Of a stretch of DNA of 64,000 bases, positions 1-9,163 are shown piece after piece. Source of the DNA: an uncultured Dehalococcoidia bacterium (GTDB taxonomy: Bacteria > Chloroflexota > Dehalococcoidia > Dehalococcoidales > UBA1222). Each line of letters starts with the position of its first letter. Positions within the stretch are counted from its first letter, which is position 1. The DNA lies in NCBI GenBank assembly GCA_903844845.1, contig CAIMVG010000021.1:70992-134991 (forward strand). Direction: 5' to 3'. A program made the translations under genes and the position numbers. A model generated the notes under the pieces. The model searched no databases. It was not told the DNA's origin and saw nothing but the letters and a program-made list of their open reading frames with translations.

Positions 1-1
1 C

Positions 2-919
2 TGTGACGGCCGCATCAAGGCTATGTATATCATCGGCGAGAACCCCATGCTGAGCGATCCCAATCTGGCGCACATCGAAAAGGCCCTCAGGAGCCTTGAT
101 TTCCTGGTGGTGCAGGACATTTTCCAGACCGAAACGACAGCCCTCGCGCACGTCGTTCTTCCCGGAGCCAGCTTTGCGGAAAAAGACGGCACTTTTACCA
201 ATACCGAGCGGCGCGTCCAGCGCGTCCGGAAAGCCATCGAACCGGTGAGCGGCAGCCGCCCTGACTGGCTGGTGACCTGCCAGATAGCGCAGAAGATGGG
301 CGCCCAGGGGTTCGATTACAAAGGCCCGTATGACATAATGAATGAAATTAACCGCCTCTCCCCGAGCTGGGGCGGCATAACCTATGAACGGCTCGATGCC
401 TGCGGCAGTTTGCAGTGGCCGTGCCCAACCGTTGAGCACCCCGGCACCCCCATCCTGCACACCCACGTTTTCACCCGGGGGCGCGGCAAGTTCATGCCGC
501 TGGATTACTTCCCCCCATTCGAGATGCCGGATGACGAGTTCCCCTTCCTGCTGGACACCGGGCGGGCCCTTTTCCATTACCACACGGGCACGATGACGCG
601 CAGGGTTGGAGGCTTGAACCGGTTCATGAATGAGGAAAAGCTGCAGATCAACCCCGCAGATGCCCAAAATCTGGATATCCGGGACGGAGATATGCTGAGC
701 ATCGCCTCACGGCGCGGTAAGGTAACCGCCAGGGCGAAGATAACTGACGTCACCCCCGCCGGGACGGTCTACATGACTTTCCATTTCCGCGAGACCCCCT
801 CCAACCTCCTCACGAGCCCGGGCAGGGATGTGGTAACCGCGACGCCGGAGTATAAAGCCTGCGCGGTGAAAGTGGAAAAGGTAAAAGTCGAAAAATTGAA
901 ATCCGGCGGTGAGGGATAA
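2..919 (+). CDS. Molybdopterin oxidoreductase / formate dehydrogenase alpha subunit, C-terminal part (5' end outside window)
   Basis: The reading frame of ORF 23..919 stays open back to nt 2. IIGENPMLSDPN...VVQDIF.TET...VVLPGASFAEKDGTFTNTERRVQ plus a C-terminal molybdopterin-dinucleotide-binding-type segment are typical of FdhA-type enzymes. Confidence 0.8.
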   Translation, partial: CDGRIKAMYIIGENPMLSDPNLAHIEKALRSLDFLVVQDIFQTETTALAHVVLPGASFAEKDGTFTNTERRVQRVRKAIEPVSGSRPDWLVTCQIAQKMGAQGFDYKGPYDIMNEINRLSPSWGGITYERLDACGSLQWPCPTVEHPGTPILHTHVFTRGRGKFMPLDYFPPFEMPDDEFPFLLDTGRALFHYHTGTMTRRVGGLNRFMNEEKLQINPADAQNLDIRDGDMLSIASRRGKVTARAKITDVTPAGTVYMTFHFRETPSNLLTSPGRDVVTATPEYKACAVKVEKVKVEKLKSGGEG

Positions 920-1280
920 GGTGCAGCATATCGGCGTCGATATCATGGAGATAAGCCGCATCGAAGACGCCATACAGCGTTTCGGGCAGGCGTTTCTCGA
1001 CCGTATCTATACTCAGAACGAGCTTGACGCCTACAAAAGCAAACTGCCGTCGCTGGCCGCTCGTTTTTCAGGGAAAGAAGCTGTCATCAAAGCGCTCGAC
1101 GCGCCGGGCACCAGCCCCAGGGACATCGAGATACTTTCTTCCCCGGACGGCAAGCCGCTGGTTACGCTTTACGGGAAAGCCAAAGAAAAAGCCGAAAAAC
1201 TGGGCATCGCCTGTTTCGATATAACACTTTCCCACGCGCGGGACTACGCGGTGGCATTCGTGATCGGCCAGTCCGCATAA
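909..1280 (+). CDS. acpS: Holo-[acyl-carrier-protein] synthase (4'-phosphopantetheinyl transferase)
   Basis: 123 aa; IGVDIMEISRIE...FL.RIYT..E........LAARFSGKEAVIKAL...SLSH....A.AFVI is the AcpS pattern. GTG start overlaps the upstream stop by 11 nt. Confidence 0.85.
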   Translation: MRDKVQHIGVDIMEISRIEDAIQRFGQAFLDRIYTQNELDAYKSKLPSLAARFSGKEAVIKALDAPGTSPRDIEILSSPDGKPLVTLYGKAKEKAEKLGIACFDITLSHARDYAVAFVIGQSA

Positions 1281-1407
1281 TCTGCGACCTGGACTGGATT
1301 GCCTGACGTCGAGGCCCGGCAATGGGCATTATCAAGGATTTCACAAGCGAATAGAATGCGGATGCCGGCGATAACCCCTGCTCCTCACTTCGTCGATAAC
1401 TGCGCTA

Positions 1408-1436
1408 TTCAACTCTTGACAACAACGTGCTACAAT
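1408..1436 (+). promoter_or_regulatory. Candidate sigma70-type promoter for yebC (TTCAAC -17 nt- TACAAT)
   Basis: -35-like TTCAAC at 1408-1413 and -10 TACAAT at 1431-1436 with a 17-nt spacer, about 50 nt upstream of the yebC start. Sequence match only. Confidence 0.3.
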
Positions 1437-1483
1437 GTCCCATAAAAAGAAATACTTCCCGATTTTCGGAAAGGGGTTGAACT

Positions 1484-2242
1484 ATGTCCGGACACTCTAA
1501 GTGGCATACTATCAAGAACGCGAAGGGCGCAGCTGACGCCAAACGCGGCCAGCTTTTTACAAAGCTCTCACGTGAAATAATCTTTTCCGCCCGCGCCGGC
1601 GGCGGCAATCCCGACGGCAACTCGCGCCTGAGGCTCGCCATCCAGAAGGCCCGCGACGCCAGCATGCCGATGGAAAACATCGAGCGCGCCATCAAGAAAG
1701 GCGAAGGCACCGCCGAAGGCCAGGTGATGTTCGAAGCCACCTATGAAGGCTACGGGCCGGGAGGCTCGGCCATCATGGTCGATATCGTCAGCGACAACCG
1801 CAACCGCGCAGTGCAGGAACTGCGTTCCGCATTCACGCGCGCTGGCGGCAACCTCGGAGAAACAGGATCGGTCGGCTGGATGTTCGAATCCCGCGGTGTT
1901 ATCGGTGTCGACGCGACAGGCAAGAACATCGACGAGCTCACGATGCAGGCCATCGACGCCGGCGCAGAAGACGTGAACGTTCAGGGCGATTACATGGAGA
2001 TTTACACCAAGCCCACCGAACTGGAGATCGTCCGCAAGGGGCTTGAGAAAGCCGAAGTGGCCATCGACAGCGCCGAACTGGCCAAGGTCCCCAAGACGAC
2101 CATCAGCCTCGACGAACACACCTCCTTCCAGGCACTGCGGATGATCGACAGGCTGGAAGAGATGGACGACGTGCAGAACGTCTCTCATAACGTTGAGCTC
2201 ACCGACGAGATAATGGAAAAATACCAGTCCCAGGCCAAGTAA
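1484..2242 (+). CDS. yebC: YebC/PmpR family DNA-binding transcriptional regulator
   Basis: MSGHSKWHTIKN.KGAADAKRG.LFTKL.REI N-terminus and 252-aa length are diagnostic. Sits immediately upstream of ruvC, the usual arrangement. Confidence 0.92.
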   Translation: MSGHSKWHTIKNAKGAADAKRGQLFTKLSREIIFSARAGGGNPDGNSRLRLAIQKARDASMPMENIERAIKKGEGTAEGQVMFEATYEGYGPGGSAIMVDIVSDNRNRAVQELRSAFTRAGGNLGETGSVGWMFESRGVIGVDATGKNIDELTMQAIDAGAEDVNVQGDYMEIYTKPTELEIVRKGLEKAEVAIDSAELAKVPKTTISLDEHTSFQALRMIDRLEEMDDVQNVSHNVELTDEIMEKYQSQAK

Positions 2243-2254
2243 ACATGGCAGCCC

Positions 2255-2752
2255 ATGAGGATTTTAGGAGTTGACCCCGGAACTATAGTCCTCGGTTACG
2301 GGCTGATAGAAAGCGTCCGGGACGAGATGACTCTCGTCCATTATGATTCGATCAAATGCAAAGCGCGCTCCGACATGTCGGAGCGTTTGCTTTTTCTTTA
2401 TGACGGGCTCACTCAGGTGGTGGACAAATACGAGCCCGACGTCATGGCCGTCGAGTCCCCGTTCGTCGGCGAAAATATCAAGAGCGCGCTGGCAATCGGC
2501 AAGGCCCAGGCTATCGTGCTTCTCGTCGCCGCCCAGCACGGCCTGCCGATCTTCGAATATTCCCCGGCCAAGATCAAACACCACGTGGCCGACTACGGGG
2601 CTTCTTCCAAGGAACAGATGCAGGAGATGGTCAAGCTTCTGCTCGACCTCGACGAAATCCCCCAGCCCAACGACGCCGCCGACGCGCTGGCAGTGGCTAT
2701 CTGCCACCTGCGGGAATGCCGCCTGGCGGAGATGATAAAGGAAAGCCAATAA
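2255..2752 (+). CDS. ruvC: Crossover junction endodeoxyribonuclease RuvC
   Basis: MRILGVDPG...GYG.I N-terminus, 165 aa, DAADALA.A.CH C-terminal motif. Confidence 0.92.
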   Translation: MRILGVDPGTIVLGYGLIESVRDEMTLVHYDSIKCKARSDMSERLLFLYDGLTQVVDKYEPDVMAVESPFVGENIKSALAIGKAQAIVLLVAAQHGLPIFEYSPAKIKHHVADYGASSKEQMQEMVKLLLDLDEIPQPNDAADALAVAICHLRECRLAEMIKESQ

Positions 2753-2773
2753 CCGCGGTATGAGGAGCAAATT

Positions 2774-3358
2774 ATGATAGCCAGTTTGAGAGGGACGCTT
2801 GAAGCACTTAATCCAGATTCCGCCGTCATCAATGTCGGCGGCGTAGGTTTCCGCGTTTTCATGCCTGTTTCGATGCTGTTAACGCTGGGTGGACTCGGGG
2901 AAGAGGTCCGCGTTCAGACCCACACTCACGTCAGGGAAGACGCCATCCTGCTTTACGGATTCGCTTCAGAGGAAGATCTCAAGCTCTTCGAGATGCTCAT
3001 CAACGTTTCCGGTTTCGGCCCCAAGCTGGCGCTGGGCATGCTCTCAGCCCTGAGTGTGGAACAGCTGGTTTCCGCCATCGCCGGAGGCAGCGAGGAACTG
3101 CTGACTTCGGTGCCGGGCATCGGCAAAAAGCTGGCAGGCCGGCTTATACTTGAACTCAAAGACAAGATAAACACGGGCTGGACCGGGGCGAAGGTAGTGC
3201 CGGTAGGGGAGGGGGACGGGGAAGTGGTCGCCGCCCTGCTGAGCCTGGGTTATTCCGCCGCCGAAGCGTCGCGCGCCGTAGCTTCACTGCCCCGCGACAA
3301 GAAGCTGCCCCTCGAAGACAAGATCAAATACACCCTCGGGTATTTCGGGGGAAAATAG
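2774..3358 (+). CDS. ruvA: Holliday junction branch migration protein RuvA
   Basis: MIASLRG.L........V.V.GVG..V......L, HhH segment PGIGKK.A.R...ELKDK, 194 aa. Confidence 0.92.
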   Translation: MIASLRGTLEALNPDSAVINVGGVGFRVFMPVSMLLTLGGLGEEVRVQTHTHVREDAILLYGFASEEDLKLFEMLINVSGFGPKLALGMLSALSVEQLVSAIAGGSEELLTSVPGIGKKLAGRLILELKDKINTGWTGAKVVPVGEGDGEVVAALLSLGYSAAEASRAVASLPRDKKLPLEDKIKYTLGYFGGK

Positions 3359-3382
3359 GCTTATATTCGATCGGGATAAAGG

Positions 3383-3409
3383 TACAGCCGGGGGGTTCCC
3401 CCGGCTGTA
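3383..3409. terminator. GC-rich hairpin between convergent ruvA and the membrane-sensor gene
   Basis: TACAGCCGGGG / CCCCGGCTGTA is a perfect 11-bp stem with a 5-nt loop. The U-tract is weak on both strands. Confidence 0.45.
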
Positions 3410-3470
3410 TGCGTGAAGGTGGGTTACGCCAGGAAATCTATTGTTTTTACGAGCACACGGACTCTTATCC

Positions 3471-3500
3471 TGGATCCCGGCTCGCGGGCCGGGATGACAC
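3471..3500 (-). repeat. Dispersed hairpin repeat (GTCAT-stem-loop-stem-ATCCAG family), reverse orientation
   Basis: TGGATCCCGGctcgcggGCCGGGATGACA matches copies at 15331, 17375, 33148, 43743 and 46791. Confidence 0.75.
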
Positions 3501-3517
3501 GGGATAAAGGGAAAATC

Positions 3518-4417
3518 CTATCCCCCGACAAGCATAGACTTAGCCAGCGCCCCCTGCCATTTGCCGACCTGTTTCGCGAGGTGGAATGTACTGAAGAAGA
3601 GCGCCACCCCTGCGACGAACATGATGGGAAGCAGCCAGGGGCTCAGCATGTAATGGTTCCAGCCGGAGACGGAAGAATCGCTGATGTTTATCAGCGACCA
3701 TCCGAGAGCCTGTGCGACAGGTTGGGCGATAAATGCGGCCGAAACCGAGAGCAATGTGACGACAACTGTGAAGTAGGTAACGCCCAACGGCAGCATGAGA
3801 AACATGTAAATCATGGAGAACCAAGTGTACCTGTCGGTGAACATCGCCTTGAAACGGGGCCACAGGCCCTTGCGGTTGTCCGAGAACCTTGCCCTGCGGG
3901 GCATGCGCTCGCCGAGCAGCCCTTCCACGATGCGGCCTTCGAGCCATGCTATGCCCCTGACGGATAGGACGAACAGCGCGAAGAACGGCACGCCGATGAT
4001 GAGCACAGCCAGACCGGCCGAGAGTGAAATCCCCGTGACAACCCAGGTGAAGTAAACGATGCCTGTCCCCAGCGCCAATAGCATGTAGAGCAAAGATGTC
4101 CACGCCCTGCCCTGGCCTAGTATCCCGAAGAAGCGGGCAACCGGGTTGTTGCGTTTAACGGGAGCGGCTCGTGCAGGTTCGATCTTCACAGGCGCCACCC
4201 TGTAGGCCGTAGCCACTTCGGCCGGGGTGCCATAATTCTTAATTATGCCCCCGAGCGCCTCTGCCTCGGACAACGCCGGGCGTGTCTTTTTGGCCGTTTC
4301 CAGAGCGATGCCTAGATATTCCGCCGCGTCGGACAGCGCGTCCTGCACCGTGGCCGGGTCCTGGCCCGCCAGTTCCGCTTTGAGGGAAACCAGGTAATCG
4401 TTAATGCTGTTTATCAT
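3518..4417 (-). CDS. Membrane sensor protein (DUF1700/HAAS-like N-terminus plus duplicated 2-TM sensor modules), partner of PadR
   Basis: Start taken at the ATG at 4417 (MINSINDYLVSLKAEL...), 2 nt after the PadR stop. Two similar hydrophobic modules follow. The PadR plus membrane-anchored partner pairing is a known architecture. Confidence 0.7.
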   Translation of the reverse strand: MINSINDYLVSLKAELAGQDPATVQDALSDAAEYLGIALETAKKTRPALSEAEALGGIIKNYGTPAEVATAYRVAPVKIEPARAAPVKRNNPVARFFGILGQGRAWTSLLYMLLALGTGIVYFTWVVTGISLSAGLAVLIIGVPFFALFVLSVRGIAWLEGRIVEGLLGERMPRRARFSDNRKGLWPRFKAMFTDRYTWFSMIYMFLMLPLGVTYFTVVVTLLSVSAAFIAQPVAQALGWSLINISDSSVSGWNHYMLSPWLLPIMFVAGVALFFSTFHLAKQVGKWQGALAKSMLVGG

Positions 4418-4419
4418 CT

Positions 4420-4776
4420 TCAACTCCTCAATATCGAATCGGCGAAATTTTTCGTGGCGGTCCATATCGTTTTCCAGCGCGCCAAAGCCTGGTTGCCGTC
4501 AGGCGTTATGCTGTAGTAGCGGCGGGGAGGCCCGGACACCGAGGGTTCCACCCTGCTGGTGAGCAGGCCGTTGTTCTCGAGGGAGTGCAGCACCGGATAG
4601 AATGTCCCCTGCTTGATGAATGAAACGTCCTGTTTACTTTCGCCTATCATGTTGGCGATCTGGTACCCGTACATCGGCTGTTCTGCCCGGCTGACGATGT
4701 CCAGCAGGACCAGCGCAGCCACACCCGAGTTCAGCTCTTTCTGGAACTTCTTGTCGACTGAATTTTCATCTTCCAT
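4420..4776 (-). CDS. PadR family transcriptional regulator
   Basis: LVLLDIVS....YGYQI.......S......QGT.YPVLHSLE..GLL.S......GPPRRYY.IT..G is the PadR winged-helix signature. Confidence 0.88.
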   Translation of the reverse strand: MEDENSVDKKFQKELNSGVAALVLLDIVSRAEQPMYGYQIANMIGESKQDVSFIKQGTFYPVLHSLENNGLLTSRVEPSVSGPPRRYYSITPDGNQALARWKTIWTATKNFADSILRS

Positions 4777-4974
4777 GACTTATCCCCTTCGGACTCTCTG
4801 ATTGACCATATTGTATTATCTGATTACTAGTATTATAAAGTGTAGTATAGTACTGCAACGGAAGGATGTCAAGGGGTTTAAGGGGGATATTTTTAGCCCA
4901 TCCAGACGCCAGTGCGGGGAAATCTCAATTGAAGCCAGCCAGGGTATCCTGGCGGGTATTTCTCCAGCCGGAAA

Positions 4975-5595
4975 CTACGGCTTGCGGCCCGGCTGCCTTA
5001 TGACCGTTTTCAACTTTTCCGGGGCGGTGCGCCGCGGGTCGGAAAGGTATATCTCGTGGTGCTTCTGCTTCACGCCGTCGAATACGTAGCCCTGTTCGTG
5101 GAGCAGGTCGTGCAGTCTCTTGATGGCAGGTCCCTCGTCGGCATAAGCGCCGATATAGAATATCTGGGCAGACGTTCCTTCGTCGAATTTTTCGAACTTC
5201 AGCTTCGGCAGCGCGGAGGGGTTCTTCTTGAAGCGGACGTCGTCCACTGCCCTTTTCACGATTTCAGCTGTCACGAAATCAGGCTGCATTATCATGTATG
5301 TCCATTTCCAGTTGGCCTTGTCTTCCGTCGAGAAACGGGTCATATCGTCAGCCCACCACAACCCCTCCAGGGGCATGACGGGGTAGTCTATCGATTTCAA
5401 TTTCCTGACCGAGAATTTGATGGTGTACGCTACTGCGTACAGTGCCTCTATGGCCGCCGCGGCGGCCAGGCTGTCGGGCTTGCCCGAGCCGTCTATCATC
5501 AGGAAATTCATGGCCGGGACCTCGACCATGACGGGCGCTTTCGAAGGCGGGTTATAAAGGTGCTTCAATGTCTTTTTGAGTTCGAGTTTTTCCAT
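4975..5595 (-). CDS. GyrI-like small-molecule-binding domain protein
   Basis: Start taken at MEKLELKK (5595). P.......F..IDG.G.P......A..ALY...Y..KF......IDY.V.PLEGLWW...F......W.W..MI.QP..V and a HEIYLSDPRRT C-terminus resemble the GyrI-like family. Confidence 0.72.
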   Translation of the reverse strand: MEKLELKKTLKHLYNPPSKAPVMVEVPAMNFLMIDGSGKPDSLAAAAAIEALYAVAYTIKFSVRKLKSIDYPVMPLEGLWWADDMTRFSTEDKANWKWTYMIMQPDFVTAEIVKRAVDDVRFKKNPSALPKLKFEKFDEGTSAQIFYIGAYADEGPAIKRLHDLLHEQGYVFDGVKQKHHEIYLSDPRRTAPEKLKTVIRQPGRKP

Positions 5596-5764
5596 CTTGC
5601 GCTCCCGATTATCCTGAAAATATCGATTTTTAACGATCCGAACAGAAGTATAAACCATTGGGACAGCAGGGGCCAAGAGGCGGAAAGAAATAATTAAAGG
5701 GCCCCCCAAATTGATGGCGGAGCCCTGTTAATCAACCCTGCGGGCGTTTCGGGCTAAATCGGTT

Positions 5765-6070
5765 TTAAGCCTTGACGTCTTGCCTGCCCGAAATTGTTTT
5801 GCTGTTGCGCGGTTTCACTTCGATATGTTCCCTCGGGTAATTGGTGGCCTTGCTCATTTCATTGGCGAACACATGGGCCTCCCCCGACGTTTTGAAAATC
5901 AGTATCGGCACGCCGTGAGACCCTTCGGTGGCTCCCCCGTCCTGCATCCCCTTGTATTCGGCAAGGTGTTTTTTGATAAAGGCCACCAGCTGGTCCCGGT
6001 CTTTCTCCCCGTTGTTCTTGGTTATTTTGACGATATGTTCTTCTCGGCTGTTCATTGTATATTTCTCCAA
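5765..6070 (-). CDS. Hypothetical small protein (101 aa)
   Basis: ORF only; no motif recognised. Codon usage is plausible. Confidence 0.45.
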   Translation of the reverse strand: MEKYTMNSREEHIVKITKNNGEKDRDQLVAFIKKHLAEYKGMQDGGATEGSHGVPILIFKTSGEAHVFANEMSKATNYPREHIEVKPRNSKTISGRQDVKA

Positions 6071-6216
6071 TCTGTTTCGGCGATTGAATCATTTCCGACA
6101 GGAAATCGCCTCGATTGGTAAAAAGATAACACGCGCATCGTTAAATAATCATAAAACGGGCGCGGAAAAGATGTCGAAATTGTGACATCTGAGAAATACG
6201 TCCCTGTGCAGGGCAA

Positions 6217-6810
6217 TCAACGTTTGAGGTGAAGGAATATCTGCGCGATTTCCGCTTTGAGTTCGGGAAGGGGTTTGTCAGTATCTATAACCATGTCGGC
6301 TGATTTAAGCTGCTGGGCAACCGTGTTCTGCGCGGCAATGCGTTGCCTGACCTGTTCGGGCGTCCATCGCTTCTTCGCAGCCATGCGTTCCATGATGACT
6401 TCCAGCGGGGCGGTCGTCACCCACACTTCGTCAACCAGCCCCTCCCACCCCGCTTCTATGAGCAAAGCAGCTTCCAGGACCGCGACCCTGATACCCTTCG
6501 AGCGCAGTTCGGCGAGCCTGGACCGTACTTCCTCCAGAATTATAGGCCGCATGATGGCATCGAGGCTAGAAAGCGCCTCGGGGCTGTTGAAAACCAGTTC
6601 CCCCAGCTTGTTCCGGTCTATGGTCAGGTCGGGGGCCAGTACGTCCCTGCCGAAAGTGTCCACGACCTCGTCCCATCCAGAGGTCCCGGGAAGGTAGACT
6701 TCGTGACCGACCTCGTCCGCGTTGATGACGGCCGCCCCGAGTTCATGCATTATCCCCGCAACCGTGCTCTTGCCGCTACCGATAGTGCCGGTAATGCCTA
6801 TCGTTATCAT
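6217..6810 (-). CDS. coaE: Dephospho-CoA kinase
   Basis: MITIGITGTIGSGKSTVA........GA.VI.AD..GHEV P-loop N-terminus, 197 aa. Confidence 0.9.
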   Translation of the reverse strand: MITIGITGTIGSGKSTVAGIMHELGAAVINADEVGHEVYLPGTSGWDEVVDTFGRDVLAPDLTIDRNKLGELVFNSPEALSSLDAIMRPIILEEVRSRLAELRSKGIRVAVLEAALLIEAGWEGLVDEVWVTTAPLEVIMERMAAKKRWTPEQVRQRIAAQNTVAQQLKSADMVIDTDKPLPELKAEIAQIFLHLKR

Positions 6811-6830
6811 CGTTCAGTCTCAGGATGCAA

Positions 6831-7907
6831 TTATACCGGGGCCAGCCCGGCGACGGTGGTTTTATCCAGTTTCATTATGATGGCCGCCAGCAGGCGTACG
6901 GTGTCATCGAAGTCGGTCCTGCGCATGATGGAGTTGTGGCTGTGGACGTGCCGCGTGGGGATGCCGATGACGAGGCTCGGTACGCCGCTCTTGTGGAGGT
7001 GGATGGCGCTGGTGTCGTAGCTGCCGAAATCCAGTGTCGAAAGCTGGAGCTTGACGCCGAGTTCTTTTGCCGTATCGACGGTAAGCTCGCGCAGCTTGAT
7101 GTTGGGTATCATGCCCTTGTCGTACATGATGATGGAAGGCCCGTCGCCGATCTTTTCCTTGGTCTGGTCGTCGGGGATACCCGGAACGTCGCCGATGGGG
7201 CTGACGTCCAGCGCGAAAGAGACGTCGGGATCTACGGATTCGGCACTGGTGCGGGCCCCCCGCGTCCCCACTTCCTCCTGTACCGTAGCCACGCCGTACA
7301 CTGCGTTCGGATGTTTTTTACCGACCAGGGCGCGCAGGGTGGAGACGATGAGCGCGCACCCCACCCGGTCGTCGAAGGCCTTGGCCATATAGGTCTTTTT
7401 CGGGTTTGACATGATAGTGAATTCGCTCACAGGCACCACCGGGTCTCCGACGCGCACGCCCGCTTCGACTACTTCCTCGATGGATGTGGCTCCGATATCG
7501 ATAAACATGTTTTTGCGTTCAGGGGGTTTCTTGCGCTCCTCTTCGGGCAGCACGTGGGGAGGAACGGTGCCGATGACGCCCGGGACTTTGCCTTTATGGG
7601 TCTGGATCATGACGCGCTGGGCAGGGAGATGCTGATTGGGCCAGCCGCCCAGCGTGGTGAAATTGATGAAGCCTTCCTTGGTTATGTGTTTCACCATGAA
7701 CCCGATCTCGTCCACGTGGCCGGCCAGCATGATGCGCGGCGCCGTCGCCGAGCCTTTTTTCAGGCAGATGAGCGAGCCGAGCTTGTCCTGCGACAGTTCC
7801 CCCAGCGGTGAAAGCATCCTGCGCATGACTCCGCGGGATTCTTCTTCGTAACCCGAGACGCCGCTCGCCTCGGTAAGTTCCTTGAGCATCAATTCTATTT
7901 CGTCCAT
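6831..7907 (-). CDS. M42 family metallopeptidase (glutamyl aminopeptidase / FrvX-like)
   Basis: Start taken at MDEIELMLKELTEASGVSGYE. Also AGHVDEIGFMV..I...GF..F...GGW and C-terminal H..E motifs. Confidence 0.85.
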   Translation of the reverse strand: MDEIELMLKELTEASGVSGYEEESRGVMRRMLSPLGELSQDKLGSLICLKKGSATAPRIMLAGHVDEIGFMVKHITKEGFINFTTLGGWPNQHLPAQRVMIQTHKGKVPGVIGTVPPHVLPEEERKKPPERKNMFIDIGATSIEEVVEAGVRVGDPVVPVSEFTIMSNPKKTYMAKAFDDRVGCALIVSTLRALVGKKHPNAVYGVATVQEEVGTRGARTSAESVDPDVSFALDVSPIGDVPGIPDDQTKEKIGDGPSIIMYDKGMIPNIKLRELTVDTAKELGVKLQLSTLDFGSYDTSAIHLHKSGVPSLVIGIPTRHVHSHNSIMRRTDFDDTVRLLAAIIMKLDKTTVAGLAPV

Positions 7908-7932
7908 GTTGCCTCCCGACCTGTGCAAAAAT

Positions 7933-9159
7933 CTAAACCGAGCTTGTGCGGAAACGCGCCACCGCGATGATGGCGAAGGCCAGCCCGAACCCGGCGAGGG
8001 CCAGCATACCGGGGACCACGTCGTGAAAAGTGCCGCCGTAAAGCAGGAGCTTGTTGAAGGAGGTGGTCGCCCATCCGTGCGGGGTGAACAATGCCATGTT
8101 CTGCATCCATTGGGGGGTGATGAACAACGGCCACCAGCACCCGCCGAGGGGGGCTAAAATCAGGGACGACAGCACGCCGATGGAACTGGCCGCCCTTTCG
8201 GTTTTGACCAGGGTACCCAGCATCAGGCTGAAGGCGGCCGCCATCAGCGTTACCAGCAGGGAGATAAGCACAACAACGAGTGGTTCGCTCCCCAGCTCGA
8301 GGTGGTAGAGGAATATCCCGACCCCCCAGAAGATGATTATCTGCACCAGTCCTTTGAGGACGGTGCCCACGTAGATCCCCCCGAGGATCGAGTTACGGCT
8401 GACCGATGAAGAAAGCAGCCGTTCCAGGGTCTGGTTCTGGCGCTCGCGCACCAGCCTTTCGGCCGAGAGCGCCGCCGTGAAGAATACGAACATCACGAGG
8501 TAGCCGGGGATGACCCAGTTGGCAGGGTTGGAGGCCTTGATATCACCCACCTGCTGGACCGAGGCCTGCACCAGACCGGCTGCTGCAGATGCGCTCCCCG
8601 CGTATATCCGGGCCAGTACGGCCGGGATGTCGGCCGCGCGCCCGCTCTGCGCCAGGATGCTCGCTGCGGCATTGGCTTCAACTTCCCTGGCTGCGATGTC
8701 TGCAGAAAGGCCGGCCGCCATCCCGTCCAGCGCGGCGCGTATGTCCTGGTTGGCCGGGTCTACCACCACGTCTAGCACGGATGCCTCGCCTGCGTAAACG
8801 TTCTGGGTGAAATCAGCCGGGAAGGATATGAACCCCTTTATCTTTTTTTGGTCGATCTGGGCCCGGGCGTCATTGTAATCCTGTATCCAGATGACCTGAG
8901 GCTGTCCGGGCTGAAGTGCCGCGACGTCCGCAGTCTGCAGGGAAGAGACGATATTGTAGCTGAGGCTCCCGGCAGCCTCCTGCGTGGTGACATACAGGGT
9001 CAGCCTGGTGTCCTGCGCTCCCGCCCCCTGGAACAGGAAATAGAACAATGTCACGAAGAAAAACGGGAACCCGATGCTGAATATCAGCGCCGCCCTGTCG
9101 GATGAGAATATCTTGAGTTCCTTGATGGCGATGTACCAGGCGTTTTTGATCTGTTTCAT
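7933..9159 (-). CDS. ABC-2 type transporter permease
   Basis: 408 aa: N-terminal TM, large extracytoplasmic loop, C-terminal multi-TM block. Lies in an operon with a second permease and an ATPase. Confidence 0.8.
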   Translation of the reverse strand: MKQIKNAWYIAIKELKIFSSDRAALIFSIGFPFFFVTLFYFLFQGAGAQDTRLTLYVTTQEAAGSLSYNIVSSLQTADVAALQPGQPQVIWIQDYNDARAQIDQKKIKGFISFPADFTQNVYAGEASVLDVVVDPANQDIRAALDGMAAGLSADIAAREVEANAAASILAQSGRAADIPAVLARIYAGSASAAAGLVQASVQQVGDIKASNPANWVIPGYLVMFVFFTAALSAERLVRERQNQTLERLLSSSVSRNSILGGIYVGTVLKGLVQIIIFWGVGIFLYHLELGSEPLVVVLISLLVTLMAAAFSLMLGTLVKTERAASSIGVLSSLILAPLGGCWWPLFITPQWMQNMALFTPHGWATTSFNKLLLYGGTFHDVVPGMLALAGFGLAFAIIAVARFRTSSV

Positions 9160-9163
9160 CGCT

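Noticed and set aside
1416-1436. Perfect TTGACA at 1416-1421 paired with TACAAT at 1431-1436
   Set aside because: The spacer is only 9 nt, so this pairing cannot be a sigma70 promoter. The weaker TTCAAC at 1408 with a 17-nt spacer was reported instead, at low confidence.
3413-4103. Track ORFs 3413..3967 (+) and 3540..4103 (-, alternative frame)
   Set aside because: They overlap the membrane-sensor gene, whose hydrophobic repeat architecture and coupling to padR make it the real frame.
4806-4850. AT-rich stretch with TACTAGTA palindrome and repeated GTATTAT/TAGTAT upstream of the PadR operon
   Set aside because: It is plausibly the padR promoter or operator (TATAAT on the minus strand). The best -35 candidate has a 15-nt spacer, and I cannot define a convincing PadR-type inverted repeat, so it is not reported as a feature.
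6079-6110. Imperfect hairpin GGCGATT..ATTTCC-gaca-GGAAATCGCC just upstream of the small gene 5765..6070
   Set aside because: It could be an operator or a 5'-UTR structure. It is a single short bulged hairpin with no repeat elsewhere and no supporting context.
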